This document shows positions 1 to 9,565 of a DNA stretch of 32,000 nucleotides, one piece after another. This stretch comes from Okeania sp. GTDB lineage: Bacteria > Cyanobacteriota > Cyanobacteriia > Cyanobacteriales > Microcoleaceae. The stretch lies in the NCBI RefSeq assembly GCF_035285525.1, contig NZ_JAYKGW010000104.1, positions 31,898-63,897 of the forward strand, in the 5' to 3' direction. A program made the translations under genes and the position numbers. Under the pieces are notes generated by a model that searched no databases, had not been told where the DNA came from, and saw nothing but the letters and a program-made list of their open reading frames with translations. Within the stretch, counting starts at the first letter, position 1. Every line of letters starts with the position of its first letter.

Positions 1-104
1 ACTAAGTTTATTGTATTTATTATTGTTTTTTAGTCTTAGTTTTATGGGAAATTTCTTTGAGTAACCTAGTTGTTTCTGTGTAAGTTCTAATTACCAAAAA
101 TTTT

Positions 105-956
105 TCAACTCAACCAGTTAGCGATCGCTTCTATTTGGTCTGTTGATAATAAAGGTGGGTTATGACCACAAGGAAAATGCTTTATAGTTATTTGAGGATG
201 AATAGATTGCATTTTCTCGATAGTTTCTGGCAATAATAGATAAGATTCTTCACCATGTAACAATAATACAGGACAATTTACTGATGACCAAGTTTCCCAA
301 AAATCAACTGGTTTAAGTTCACCTGTACTAACTCTAAAAATATCTATAATAGACAAATCATAGTGTAATTTATATTTACCTTCAGAAGTATTTTTAACAG
401 TATATTTAGCTATATGTTCCCATTCTGAATCAGTTAAAGCACCATAATCGGAATAAAATTCTCTCACATATTCTGTTACTTGATTCAAATTCTCAAAATC
501 AAAGTTTCCTTGAGTTAAATATTTTTTTGCCCAACGTTTTAAACTTTCAGAAACAATCTCAGCTCCAATATCATTCATAACTAATCTGTTAATTAGAGAA
601 TTTTTTTGGGAGGCAATAAACATTCCAATTAAACCACCCATTGATGTTCCTATCCAATCAATGTTACTGAGATTTAATTGATTAATTAAAGTCAGCATAT
701 CTGAGATATAAAGAGGTAAACCATAATCAGAAGAATTAGATAAGCGATCGCTTTTCCCTCTCCCTACTATATCCGGGCAAATAATCCGATATTTTTCTGA
801 CAAAGTAGCAGCTAAATAGTCAAAATCTCTCCCTGTACGACTAAAACCATGAACACAAATTAACACCTGATTATTCTCAGGATTACCCCATTGAGTATAA
901 GCCATTCGATGATTACCATTGGGGTTTTTACATTCTATATATTCATACTTTACCAT
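105..956 (-). CDS. alpha/beta-fold hydrolase
   Basis: 283-aa ORF with an HG oxyanion motif (CVHGFSRTG), a GxSxG nucleophile elbow (GTSMGG) and a C-terminal His context (FPCGHNPP). Confidence 0.85.
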   Translation of the reverse strand: MVKYEYIECKNPNGNHRMAYTQWGNPENNQVLICVHGFSRTGRDFDYLAATLSEKYRIICPDIVGRGKSDRLSNSSDYGLPLYISDMLTLINQLNLSNIDWIGTSMGGLIGMFIASQKNSLINRLVMNDIGAEIVSESLKRWAKKYLTQGNFDFENLNQVTEYVREFYSDYGALTDSEWEHIAKYTVKNTSEGKYKLHYDLSIIDIFRVSTGELKPVDFWETWSSVNCPVLLLHGEESYLLLPETIEKMQSIHPQITIKHFPCGHNPPLLSTDQIEAIANWLS

Positions 957-1030
957 TATAAAAATCCTATTTTATTTGTGTCTAAAAATCTTACTCCTTT
1001 TAGGGAAAACTTAACTGATAATAGTCTTAG

Positions 1031-1150
1031 TTTTTTTTATCTACTTTTTGATTTTTCGCAACCTATTTAGGGCTGGATGATTAAATATCAAAGTAGTATT
1101 TAATAAAAATTTTATCCTTTTTAGGTCGAAAAAAATACCTGCTTTTGAGC
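1031..1150 (+). repeat. dispersed intergenic repeat modules (TTTTTTATCTACTTTTTGATTT..CAACCTATTTAGGGCTGG..TTAAATAT.AAAG..TTTTAGGTCGAAAAA), copy 1
   Basis: Recognisably similar stretches occur at 3700-3830 and 18340-18432, at 15045-15105 in reverse orientation, and in part at 6380-6416(-), 28387-28423 and 30455-30491. Boundaries are approximate. Confidence 0.55.
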
Positions 1151-1210
1151 TGCTCAATTCCCCGAAATCTGCTGTCAAACTTATTCCTTCTTCTTTCTTC
1201 ATTCTTAAAA

Positions 1211-2377
1211 CTACACCAACTCCTGATAAAAACTTAATAATTGCCTAGCTAAAGCCTTATTTGTATACTGATTCATTGCCTTTTCATAACCTTTTTCCCC
1301 TAAACTTTCAGCTAATTCTTTTTGTTCCATCAACTGCATTAAACGATCTCTTAATTCCTCAACATTACCCTCTGAAAAAACCAAACCAGCATCTCCAATT
1401 ACATGAGGAATTTCCCCAGAATCAGAACCTATTACCGGAACTTTACAAGCCATTGCCTCAATTAAAACATGACCAAATTGTTCTTTCCAGCCAACAGAAG
1501 TTAAAGTTTTAAACCTATAAGTAGTTTCTGATGGTAAAACCAAAGTATTCATCAGATTAATATATTTTTGTACATGGTCGTGAGGTACACTTTCTACAAA
1601 AATTAAGCGGTCTTTAATGCCTAATTTTGTTGCAGTTTCTAACAAAGTTTCTTTTAATTCACCTCTACCCAATAATAACCATTTCCAATTTTTTTCCTGT
1701 AAAGCTGCTAAAGATTTAGTCAGAGTTAATAAACCTTTTTCCTCAACAAAACGACCCACAAAACCGACCACAAAATCATCAGGTTTAATTCCTAAATTAT
1801 CCTTTAATTCTACTTGAGGTTCTGGTTTAAATAGAGTTTCATCTACACCTAACTGAGGCATCACTTTAATCGGACCTTTGTAACCTCTATCTCTTAAAAT
1901 ATCTTCTCCATCTTTATTTCCAGCCACAATTCCATCAGTATTTTTGAGGTTATAATTTTCCAGCAAAGAAATAGGAAATTTGAGAGTATAAGGTAAATTC
2001 CACCAAGTAAAAAATAAACTTTTTGCCTTCAGTCCTAAAAGTTTCTTAAAAGTAATAAACTGAGCATAAGTTAAAGCCTTAGAACCCTGTTCTACTTGAA
2101 TAATATCTGGCTTAAATTCCCGGAGCAAACTAACTAGATCGAGACCAAAAGTTAGTAAAGCTTGATTATTTTCACTGAAATTAGAAATAGGTACTACTTT
2201 AAAAGAACCCTCATCAAGAAATTGGGTTTCAACTATTTGGCTTTGTACTCCTTTTGGATTCCAGCGACGGGGTACAACAACCGTAACTTCAATACCCGGT
2301 TCAAGTTGAGCTAAAGCCCGTAACTTTTCCCGATTAAGGTCAACAATATAAGTGTGGCTAGCTATTAATATTTTCAT
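1211..2377 (-). CDS. glycosyltransferase, GT-B fold, family 4-like
   Basis: 388-aa ORF with a C-terminal E-x7-E motif (EQFGHVLIEAMACKVPVIGSDSGEIPHVI) typical of retaining GT4 enzymes. Confidence 0.85.
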   Translation of the reverse strand: MKILIASHTYIVDLNREKLRALAQLEPGIEVTVVVPRRWNPKGVQSQIVETQFLDEGSFKVVPISNFSENNQALLTFGLDLVSLLREFKPDIIQVEQGSKALTYAQFITFKKLLGLKAKSLFFTWWNLPYTLKFPISLLENYNLKNTDGIVAGNKDGEDILRDRGYKGPIKVMPQLGVDETLFKPEPQVELKDNLGIKPDDFVVGFVGRFVEEKGLLTLTKSLAALQEKNWKWLLLGRGELKETLLETATKLGIKDRLIFVESVPHDHVQKYINLMNTLVLPSETTYRFKTLTSVGWKEQFGHVLIEAMACKVPVIGSDSGEIPHVIGDAGLVFSEGNVEELRDRLMQLMEQKELAESLGEKGYEKAMNQYTNKALARQLLSFYQELV

Positions 2378-2430
2378 AGTTATTTTTGTCTAATTCCTGA
2401 AAAAAACTAATGTGATAATACTGAAGAAAA

Positions 2431-2494
2431 AACCGGGTTTGGAGACCAAATCCAGTTAGATAAAATTTTACAACTTACTTAGGATTGCTATACA
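2431..2494 (+). repeat. about 64-bp MITE-like dispersed repeat, copy 1 (hairpin GGTTTGGAGACCAAA.CC, then TTAGATAAAATTTTACAACTT, then TAGGATTGCTATA)
   Basis: Near-identical copies lie at 2574-2636 and 30524-30584. A partial copy lies at about 26320-26360. Confidence 0.7.
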
Positions 2495-2573
2495 AAAAAA
2501 ACGGTATAGATAGTTTAATCATCTAAAGATGACTTTAGTTAAAAACCCACAGATTTTAATCCTTGGCAAACTT

Positions 2574-2636
2574 GGTTTGGGTTTGGAGACCAAACCCCGT
2601 TAGATAAAATTTTATAACTTCATTTCTTAGGGATAG
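2574..2636 (+). repeat. about 64-bp MITE-like dispersed repeat, copy 2
   Basis: GGGTTTGGAGACCAAACCCC forms an 8-bp stem. The remainder aligns with 2431-2494 and 30524-30584. Confidence 0.7.
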
Positions 2637-2668
2637 TTAATCTTTGGAAAAAATCCAATTATTAATTA

Positions 2669-3634
2669 TTAATTGTTTTTAGTTTGGTCTAACCAAGCTA
2701 ATAAATCGGATATATTTTTGAAGTTTAACATTGCCTTACTTAATTCTTCTAGTTCTAGACTTGATAATTGATGAAAAAGTTCTTTTATATTAATATCAAT
2801 CTCGCCCAATAAACGCTCTAATAAACTTATAATTAATTCCCTTTTACCTTCTTCACGACCTTCCCTTTTACCTTCTTCACGACCTTCTCTTTTACCTTCT
2901 TCACGACCTTCTCTTTTACCTTGATTACGACTAAAAGCAATCGCTCCTTTTCGGTCAAGAATAAATCGCTCTTGACCTTCTAATCGTTCTAATTCTACTG
3001 GACTTAAATTAGACTCATTAGCAATACTAAAAGCATGATTAATTTCCGGAACTATTCCCATTGATTCTGGTACTATTTCCAAATTATTAGTGTGTTTCAA
3101 AAAGTAAAGCCATTTATCCGTAAGACTTTCTAAATCTGCTAACTTTTTTTTAAACTTAGGTAACTCCACAAAAAACATTTCTAAGTAGCTATCTGGGTAA
3201 AGAAAAGAATCATCCCATTCTTTGAAGACAAAGCGGTTAATAATTTTTTCAGTATCTTCAAACATGGTAAAATCAGTAATAGTTAGAGAAATTACAGGTT
3301 GTAAATCATCATAAATTTGCCCTCTTTTAAGTTGATTAACATAAACTTTAGCTGCATAGTAAGGAATTCTTTTATTGAAACCTTCTACATTTAATACCTG
3401 CATTTCAATAATGACTATCGAACCATTATCAAGAGTAACCTTCACATCTAAAAATGAATCTTTGAAAAGAGCGATCGCTCCAGGTTCATAAGTATGACTA
3501 AATTCTAAGTCATGGATAGTATTTTCACCTTTATAGAGCATTGCATTCAGAAAACTAATCAGAATATTTTTACTTTCCTTAGAGCTAAAGATTTTTTTGA
3601 AAGCATAATCTGTTTTTGGATTAATAAATCTCAT
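2669..3634 (-). CDS. Rpn-family (YhgA-like) PD-(D/E)XK recombination-promoting nuclease / putative transposase
   Basis: N-terminus MRFINPKTDYAFKKIF is characteristic of this family. It also has the (E/K)GREEG repeat region and a C-terminal helical tail (SLLERLLGEI..LEELSKAMLNF..DLLAWL). I prefer the start at Met20 of the tracked ORF (plus-strand cat at 3632-3634), where the family-typical N-terminus begins. Confidence 0.7.
   Translation of the reverse strand: MRFINPKTDYAFKKIFSSKESKNILISFLNAMLYKGENTIHDLEFSHTYEPGAIALFKDSFLDVKVTLDNGSIVIIEMQVLNVEGFNKRIPYYAAKVYVNQLKRGQIYDDLQPVISLTITDFTMFEDTEKIINRFVFKEWDDSFLYPDSYLEMFFVELPKFKKKLADLESLTDKWLYFLKHTNNLEIVPESMGIVPEINHAFSIANESNLSPVELERLEGQERFILDRKGAIAFSRNQGKREGREEGKREGREEGKREGREEGKRELIISLLERLLGEIDINIKELFHQLSSLELEELSKAMLNFKNISDLLAWLDQTKNN
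2841..2923 (-). repeat. 24-bp in-frame tandem repeat, about 3.4 copies, encoding (GKREGREE)n inside the Rpn-like gene
   Basis: CTTTTACCTTCTTCACGACCTTC(C/T) repeats at 2841, 2865 and 2889, with a partial copy at 2913. Confidence 0.9.
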
Positions 3635-3699
3635 AATAAATAGCGTGTTAGTTCTTGATACTTTGACTTCGATACAGACATTGTAGATCAAGTTTTTAC

Positions 3700-3830
3700 C
3701 TACTGCTAATTTTTGACTTTATCTAGGGCTGGCTGATTAAATATAAAAGTCTTTATAGATAAAAGTTTTAGCAACTTGTTTGTTGGAAAAAAGTAACAGC
3801 TTTTAGGTCAAAAAGGTGAAAAAAGTTAGG
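3700..3830 (+). repeat. dispersed intergenic repeat modules, copy 2
   Basis: CTAGGGCTGGCTGATTAAATATAAAAG and CTTTTAGGTCAAAAAGGTG match 1064-1150 and 18340-18432. Confidence 0.55.
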
Positions 3831-4006
3831 ACAAAAAGCTCACCCTTAAGAGAAAAATTAAAAGACAATTTTTCTATACGGACATTGCATGCAACATCCC
3901 TACTCCTCTATAACTCCTATTTCTCCTAAGTTCTCCTTCAGGGAAGGGTTAGGGGTAGATTTACTCCTTTATTATTCGAAAGTTATCAATTATTCACCCC
4001 TGTTAT

Positions 4007-4050
4007 CTATTCCCTATTCCCTATTTCCTATTTCCTACTCCCTGTTCCCT
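4007..4050. repeat. STRR-type heptamer array (CTATTCC-like, about 6 units)
   Basis: Units read ctattcc ctattcc ctatttc ctatttc ctactcc ctgttcc. The array overlaps the stop codon and last 9 codons of the GT2 gene. Confidence 0.9.
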
Positions 4051-5004
4051 TGTATAAATTTGCCCGTCATCCCAAAGAGATTGAATTCTTGTTTGCATAG
4101 CACTAAGAAAACCAAGAGTATAGAAACTTCCACGAGTAATTATTTTAATAGGAGAACCACTTTTATAACAAGGAGGATTCCCCAAAACATGACAATCAAA
4201 TAACTTACCAAAGAAACGCAGACATTGATTAAAAGTCAGATTTTTTAATCCCATAAAAAAGTGATTGTGATAGAAAGTAACTTGATATTTGAGCGACCTT
4301 GTAGAAATATCATGGCAACCTCCACTTTCTTCACCCAAGTGAACTAAAGAAGCTTCTGGATCGAACCAAATATGATAATCAGTTTGTCGTAACCTCAAAC
4401 AAAAATCTGACTCTTCCCGTACTGCACTACCCCGAAACCGCTCATCAAAACTCAGACCATACTTAGTAAAAATTTCTCGACGATAAGACATATTACAACC
4501 TCTTGCGGAAATGACTCTTTGAGGTTTAACTGTATGCACCAAATCTATATGATACCAAGCAATACCAGGGTCAAAAGCTTCTGGAGGTAAATTCTCTATT
4601 TCCAACTCTCCACCCGAATCTCCTAATTTCATTCGGTCAAATACTCGTCCTGCTACTGCTCCTATTTCTGGGCGAACATAGTTACGAGCATGAGCAGCTA
4701 AAAATCCCTTTTCCAAGCGTACATCATCATCAATAAAAATTATTATTTCCCCACTACAATGTCTGACCGCATAATTTCTCGCTCCTGGTAAACTTGCCCA
4801 AGTCAGACCAAATAATTTAATTTTGCCAGCATTAGCTTGTTCATCCAAATAAGCTTGAGTTTCTGGTTTATGAGTCGCCGTTTGGTCAACTACCAAAACT
4901 TCAAAATTAGGGTAATCTTGTTTAATAACATCAGCGATCGTATCAACTAGAGGTTCCTCCCGATTATAGGTAGGAATAACAACAGAAATTGATGGTAAAT
5001 TCAT
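4021..5004 (-). CDS. glycosyltransferase family 2
   Basis: 327-aa ORF with an N-terminal SVVIPTYNREEPL motif, a DxD motif (IFIDDDV), and a GT-A-like length and layout. Confidence 0.85.
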   Translation of the reverse strand: MNLPSISVVIPTYNREEPLVDTIADVIKQDYPNFEVLVVDQTATHKPETQAYLDEQANAGKIKLFGLTWASLPGARNYAVRHCSGEIIIFIDDDVRLEKGFLAAHARNYVRPEIGAVAGRVFDRMKLGDSGGELEIENLPPEAFDPGIAWYHIDLVHTVKPQRVISARGCNMSYRREIFTKYGLSFDERFRGSAVREESDFCLRLRQTDYHIWFDPEASLVHLGEESGGCHDISTRSLKYQVTFYHNHFFMGLKNLTFNQCLRFFGKLFDCHVLGNPPCYKSGSPIKIITRGSFYTLGFLSAMQTRIQSLWDDGQIYTREQGVGNRK

Positions 5005-5048
5005 AGTCTACTATCCTTTGAAGTTGAGTTTAATTTGATTTATATTTG

Positions 5049-6161
5049 CTAATTTTTTTTCTCCAAAACCTGCTTCCAGAAAAAGTTTTCCAAGAATATG
5101 AAGGTAAATAAATAAAATGTTAGTAAAACCATTGTTATTATCATCACAATAACTACTTTTAAATATGGTTCAACATCAAAAGTTTTTGTTAGGGGACCGA
5201 ATAAAACAAAGTATAGAGGTTGATGTATAAGATATATTTGGTATGAGTAGATACCTAGTAATGATAGTAATTCTAAGATATAGCGTATTTTTTTTTGTTG
5301 TTTACTCAATAATTCAAAAATCAAATAACAAGCTATAAAAAAGAAGGGAGTAAACAGAATATCAAATCCTTCCATATAGATAATATCTATTTTTTGCCAT
5401 GTCATTGATAAATAAACAACTAATCCTGTAGTAAAAACTCCTGTAACTACAGTATAATCTATCTTTCTAAAAGTAGATTTTTTCCAGAAGATAATACCCC
5501 AATATAATCCTAAGCACAACTGAAAAAAATAACTACCTAAGAAATCATTTTGTAATAGATACCAATAAACTTGAGATTTATTATCTATTAAAATGCAAGC
5601 TATTTTAGTTATAACTCCGCCAATGATTCCTAACCACAGAATTTTGGCTGGCTGACTATTGCAAATAATAAATATTAGGGGAATAACCAGATAAGCTTCT
5701 AAAATAACTGTAAAAAACCAAAACCCCGGATTAATTGCCTGAAATTTATAACCTGCTAGACCAATAATACTTAATAGTAGATTAAAATTTAGCTGTATAT
5801 TTCTGTTTCCGAAAAAATAATATAGCAATAAACTTAAAACAACAGCTAATATATAGCCTGGATAAATTCGATTAATTCTTTTGAGTACCCAATCTTTCCA
5901 ATTTACTTCTAGTTGCTCAGAGTTATTTTTTTGATTTTTTAACAAGAGAATGTAGCTAGTAGTAAATCCCGCCATTACAAAGAATATATCTACAGCTGCA
6001 TATCCCACTTTAGCACCAGCTCTATCTAATATACTAATCAGATTAATTTCCTTGGGGTAGTTTTGAAAAAAATGAAATAAAATAACACCTAAAATTGCTA
6101 AACCTTTAGTATAATCGACCCAATACAATCGATTTTTATTGCTAGGATTGTTACTAGACAT
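5049..6161 (-). CDS. acyltransferase-3 family integral membrane protein (sugar O-acyltransferase-like)
   Basis: 370-aa strongly hydrophobic multi-pass ORF with a family-typical N-terminus (YWVDYTKGLAILGVILFHF). Confidence 0.8.
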   Translation of the reverse strand: MSSNNPSNKNRLYWVDYTKGLAILGVILFHFFQNYPKEINLISILDRAGAKVGYAAVDIFFVMAGFTTSYILLLKNQKNNSEQLEVNWKDWVLKRINRIYPGYILAVVLSLLLYYFFGNRNIQLNFNLLLSIIGLAGYKFQAINPGFWFFTVILEAYLVIPLIFIICNSQPAKILWLGIIGGVITKIACILIDNKSQVYWYLLQNDFLGSYFFQLCLGLYWGIIFWKKSTFRKIDYTVVTGVFTTGLVVYLSMTWQKIDIIYMEGFDILFTPFFFIACYLIFELLSKQQKKIRYILELLSLLGIYSYQIYLIHQPLYFVLFGPLTKTFDVEPYLKVVIVMIITMVLLTFYLFTFIFLENFFWKQVLEKKN

Positions 6162-6166
6162 TTTAG

Positions 6167-6355
6167 TTATATAAAATAATTAATACAAGTGTAAGCATTC
6201 AGATTTTTCTGCGGAATTAATTTGTCACCAATAGCTTTTGAAATAACCAAACAATTAAGGTTAGCTAGTGACCTTTTTATTTCCTGCGAAATGGTAGGCA
6301 AACATAAGTTTAAATTCTCCTTGTAGATTAATTGCTCTTTCAGTGTGATAATCAT
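6167..6355 (-). CDS. possible small protein (62 aa), uncertain
   Basis: The ORF ends 5 nt before the acyltransferase start. An AAGATTGCTATATC extended -10-like motif (6365-6378, minus strand) lies 9 nt upstream of its ATG. I recognise no motif in the protein. Confidence 0.25.
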   Translation of the reverse strand: MIITLKEQLIYKENLNLCLPTISQEIKRSLANLNCLVISKAIGDKLIPQKNLNAYTCINYFI

Positions 6356-6513
6356 TTAATAACTGATATAGCAATCTTAAATAGGTTGCAACAAATCAAA
6401 AAATAGATAAAAAAACTGATTTCTCAGGAACCGTAACTCTTACCAGTTAAGTGTTCCCTATTCCCTAAAAGCAATAAAATTTTATACACGAATCAAATAG
6501 TGATAGCTAAATG

Positions 6514-7449
6514 CTATAGATAATTCAGAAAGATATTAAAATGACGCCAGCCTAAAAATCTTCTTTCTTCCTTTTTGACAGAAGAAGATATTTCTGCTAT
6601 TTCTATTAATCTACTAGGTGTTGTATTTCTATCTACTTTGATCCGAGGTAATTTATAATTATTTTTCCCCCACCCTAATTTTAAAATTTGATGATTGTAT
6701 AAGTAGCCGGAAACATAGTATTTAGATGTATAATTTTCTACCTGGGAATTAGAGTCATTATAGGGATATGCTAGATGAGTAGCAATTGTTTGGTTATTAT
6801 CCAGTTCTTTTGTACATTCTCTTAAAACTTGTTGAGCAGCTTCTAATTCTATTTTTAACTCTGGGGAATTTAGTTCTGTGAGTCTTTTATGACTAAAACC
6901 ATGAGATTGAACATCATAATATCCTTTATTGATTCCTATTTTTAATTCTTCACAACTTATATATTTCTTGATTTTTTTAGGATTTTTCATCGTTTCCGGG
7001 TTAACAAACAAAACTACTTTAACTTTTTGATTATATTTTTGATCTAGATATTCTAAAATTGGTAGTACATTAGTATTAATATTTTTATATCCATCATCAA
7101 AAGTTAGCAGAATCGCCTTTTGACCTATCTTTTCAGTGGGGATAGGCTGAGAGTTAGTTAAAAAATAATTATAAAGTTGATCAGTATCTAGAAACCAGTA
7201 ATTTTCACGAACCAAGTATTCTAGAAATTCGGCTAAATCTTGTTTTTTATAATCAAGACCATAGCTACTTTTTTGATTTTGAGTGTTAATAATATTATGG
7301 AAACCAAATATAGGAATTTTATCTGCTTCAAAGTTAACAATTAACCATGTTTCCAAATCAAAAAATATGGAAATTGTTGTACATAAACCTACTAAGAATA
7401 AAAATAAAATCCGAATTATTTTTAGTTTAAATATAGAATTTATTCCCAT
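6514..7449 (-). CDS. polysaccharide deacetylase (NodB homology domain) with N-terminal membrane anchor
   Basis: 311-aa ORF with the TFDDG motif (LLTFDDGYKN), an H-x3-H motif (SHGFSH) and an N-terminal hydrophobic helix. Confidence 0.8.
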   Translation of the reverse strand: MGINSIFKLKIIRILFLFLVGLCTTISIFFDLETWLIVNFEADKIPIFGFHNIINTQNQKSSYGLDYKKQDLAEFLEYLVRENYWFLDTDQLYNYFLTNSQPIPTEKIGQKAILLTFDDGYKNINTNVLPILEYLDQKYNQKVKVVLFVNPETMKNPKKIKKYISCEELKIGINKGYYDVQSHGFSHKRLTELNSPELKIELEAAQQVLRECTKELDNNQTIATHLAYPYNDSNSQVENYTSKYYVSGYLYNHQILKLGWGKNNYKLPRIKVDRNTTPSRLIEIAEISSSVKKEERRFLGWRHFNIFLNYL

Positions 7450-7701
7450 ATCATCTTTCTAATTCTCCTCTAAAAAATGGCAAATTGCAGTTATTTATTT
7501 CTAATTTTACCAAAAAATGAGGGTATGTGTCTCCCCTTTTAACCCGCGTTCCGCACGTCAAGTTATAACACTAGAATATTTCAAGCCTCCGACTTTAGTC
7601 GAAGTTCACTCTCTACTGATAACTGATAACTGAAATAACCTATCTGCGGAAGTAAATTTAATGCCTCTAGGAAGTTGCACGCTTAATGCTTACAAATAAA
7701 C

Positions 7702-9306
7702 TCAATTTTCCTCAGCTTCTTGAAGTTTTTTCTGTTCCTGTTTATCAATTTCTGGAATCCTAAAAATCACTCCGGCAAAATACCAATAATAAACCGCAAC
7801 TGGGTCTACATCAAGAGGGTAATAATAGGTGTTATAACTAATAATTAGAACAAAAACCCAATAGCTTGCACCCAAACTGCGCAGGTTTTTATCTTTAACT
7901 GAGCGATAAGCTTTAAAACCACTAACAGTAATACTTGTTAATAGGACTAACATTGCAATTGTACCTATAGGCCCTACTTCATAGATTAATTTAGGATAAT
8001 AAGTTTCAATTAACCTAGTTTTACCAAAAGCTCGAGCTGAGTTAGTAGCTCTCCCCAAACCAGCACCAAAAATTCCGTCTTGTGCATGATTAGACTCCTC
8101 AAATTGTTGGGTAATAAAAGCAGTGGGTGGTGAAGCTTCCCAGCGACCAACAAAACTATCTATCCGTTCTTGAACAACTGCAGGATTAGATACTACTATC
8201 CCTCCCAGTAGAACACCTAGTCCAATACCAATAGGAAGAAACCGTTTGAGGTTTGTTACCTGACCTGTTAAAACTAAGAGTATTATTGTTACGGCGGGAA
8301 CCAGAGCTAGAGCAATTCTTTGACCGCTAATAGCTGCATTAACAAAAACTACTGCCATTCCAAATAAACCAGCTATTCGCCAGAGGCCAGAGGGATCGCT
8401 AAAAGCAACTGCAAAAGTAAAGGCAGCATTAGAAATCAAGAACCATGCCCATTGCCAAGGTGCAACAAAAGTACCAGGTAAACGAATCACACCCTCACTA
8501 GGGCTAAATAGTAGGGCACCTCCTACCAAGCATTTAGCTTCTAAGGTTGCTTTAAATAGGTCGTCTCCACTTTTACCCCTAGTACCGTTACACTTTCCAG
8601 AGGAAAGGAATTGATACTGCACCACACCAAGCAAACAACACACAATAGCTAGAATTACTGTCAAACGGGCAGCAAATAATAACTCTTTTTTACTTTTGAG
8701 TTTATAATAAGCCCCTGTAATTAGAGGTAAGTAGCCAATCATTGCTTTGAGTCCTAATATTCCCATAGGAATTGCTTTATCTCCTGGTATGGGAGGGTTA
8801 AGTTGTTGAGAACCATTAACTAAAAGTAGAGTGACTAGACAAAACCCCAGTAAAATATACAGGGGATTTTTCATTGCCTTGGGAATAATGAATGGATTTT
8901 TTGTATTTTTACACCACAAACCAATAGCAATAATTGCCGGAACATAAAACCCATCTTTGGCTAACTGAAATATTGGGCTTCCACCACCGATCCAATAAGT
9001 AACAGTGCCTGCAAAGGGCATATAAATCATAAATCCCCACAGCCCTAACATCGGATATTTATAGGAAAGAGCTAAAACTGCTATACCACCACCACCAGCA
9101 AGAGCTATTTTAGGTTCTGCGACGAAAAATAATACAATGCCTATCACAACTCCTATACCACCATAAGTAACCAAAGAACCAATCAATTCCTGAATTTGTT
9201 TGGCTCGTTGGCGCTTTCTGGCAGCTAGCTCTTTTTTGCTAATTTGGGGAGCCGCAGGTTTGCCTTTCTTTTTTGATTTCTTTTTAGACTTTTTTTTGGT
9301 CGGCAT
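7702..9306 (-). CDS. polytopic membrane protein, O-antigen ligase/polymerase (Wzy_C)-like
   Basis: 534-aa ORF with a Lys-rich cytoplasmic N-terminus and many hydrophobic helices. A GAGLGxxxN motif (GIFGAGLGRATNS) follows a large loop, as in Wzy/WaaL-type proteins. The function call is tentative. Confidence 0.55.
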   Translation of the reverse strand: MPTKKKSKKKSKKKGKPAAPQISKKELAARKRQRAKQIQELIGSLVTYGGIGVVIGIVLFFVAEPKIALAGGGGIAVLALSYKYPMLGLWGFMIYMPFAGTVTYWIGGGSPIFQLAKDGFYVPAIIAIGLWCKNTKNPFIIPKAMKNPLYILLGFCLVTLLLVNGSQQLNPPIPGDKAIPMGILGLKAMIGYLPLITGAYYKLKSKKELLFAARLTVILAIVCCLLGVVQYQFLSSGKCNGTRGKSGDDLFKATLEAKCLVGGALLFSPSEGVIRLPGTFVAPWQWAWFLISNAAFTFAVAFSDPSGLWRIAGLFGMAVVFVNAAISGQRIALALVPAVTIILLVLTGQVTNLKRFLPIGIGLGVLLGGIVVSNPAVVQERIDSFVGRWEASPPTAFITQQFEESNHAQDGIFGAGLGRATNSARAFGKTRLIETYYPKLIYEVGPIGTIAMLVLLTSITVSGFKAYRSVKDKNLRSLGASYWVFVLIISYNTYYYPLDVDPVAVYYWYFAGVIFRIPEIDKQEQKKLQEAEEN

Positions 9307-9565
9307 TTTTGAGTCAGTTTTAACTAGCTATTAGCATTCAGCTCTCAGCCCTCAGTTTCAGGACTTACGCAAAGAAACCGGGTTTTTAGGATAAATCCTT
9401 CGTTGTTTTTCACAATTTTTAGCTATTAGCGTTTAGCTCTGAGCTATCAACTTCAGGATTTACCGATTAGGATCAAAATTCCCTCCAACCACAAGTGCAA
9501 TATTGTTTAGGAGGGGTTAAAATCTCCTTCTAAACTTCAAAAAAATAATTTTGTTGAGCGCTTTT

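Noticed and set aside
1261-1817. Plus-strand ORFs 1261-1512 and 1617-1817.
   Set aside because: They lie antisense within the well-supported GT4 gene, have skewed composition and carry no motifs.
3889-4203. Plus-strand 104-aa ORF.
   Set aside because: It runs through the heptamer array and overlaps the 3-prime end of the GT2 gene on the opposite strand. Its sequence is repeat-derived (PYSLFPISYSLFP).
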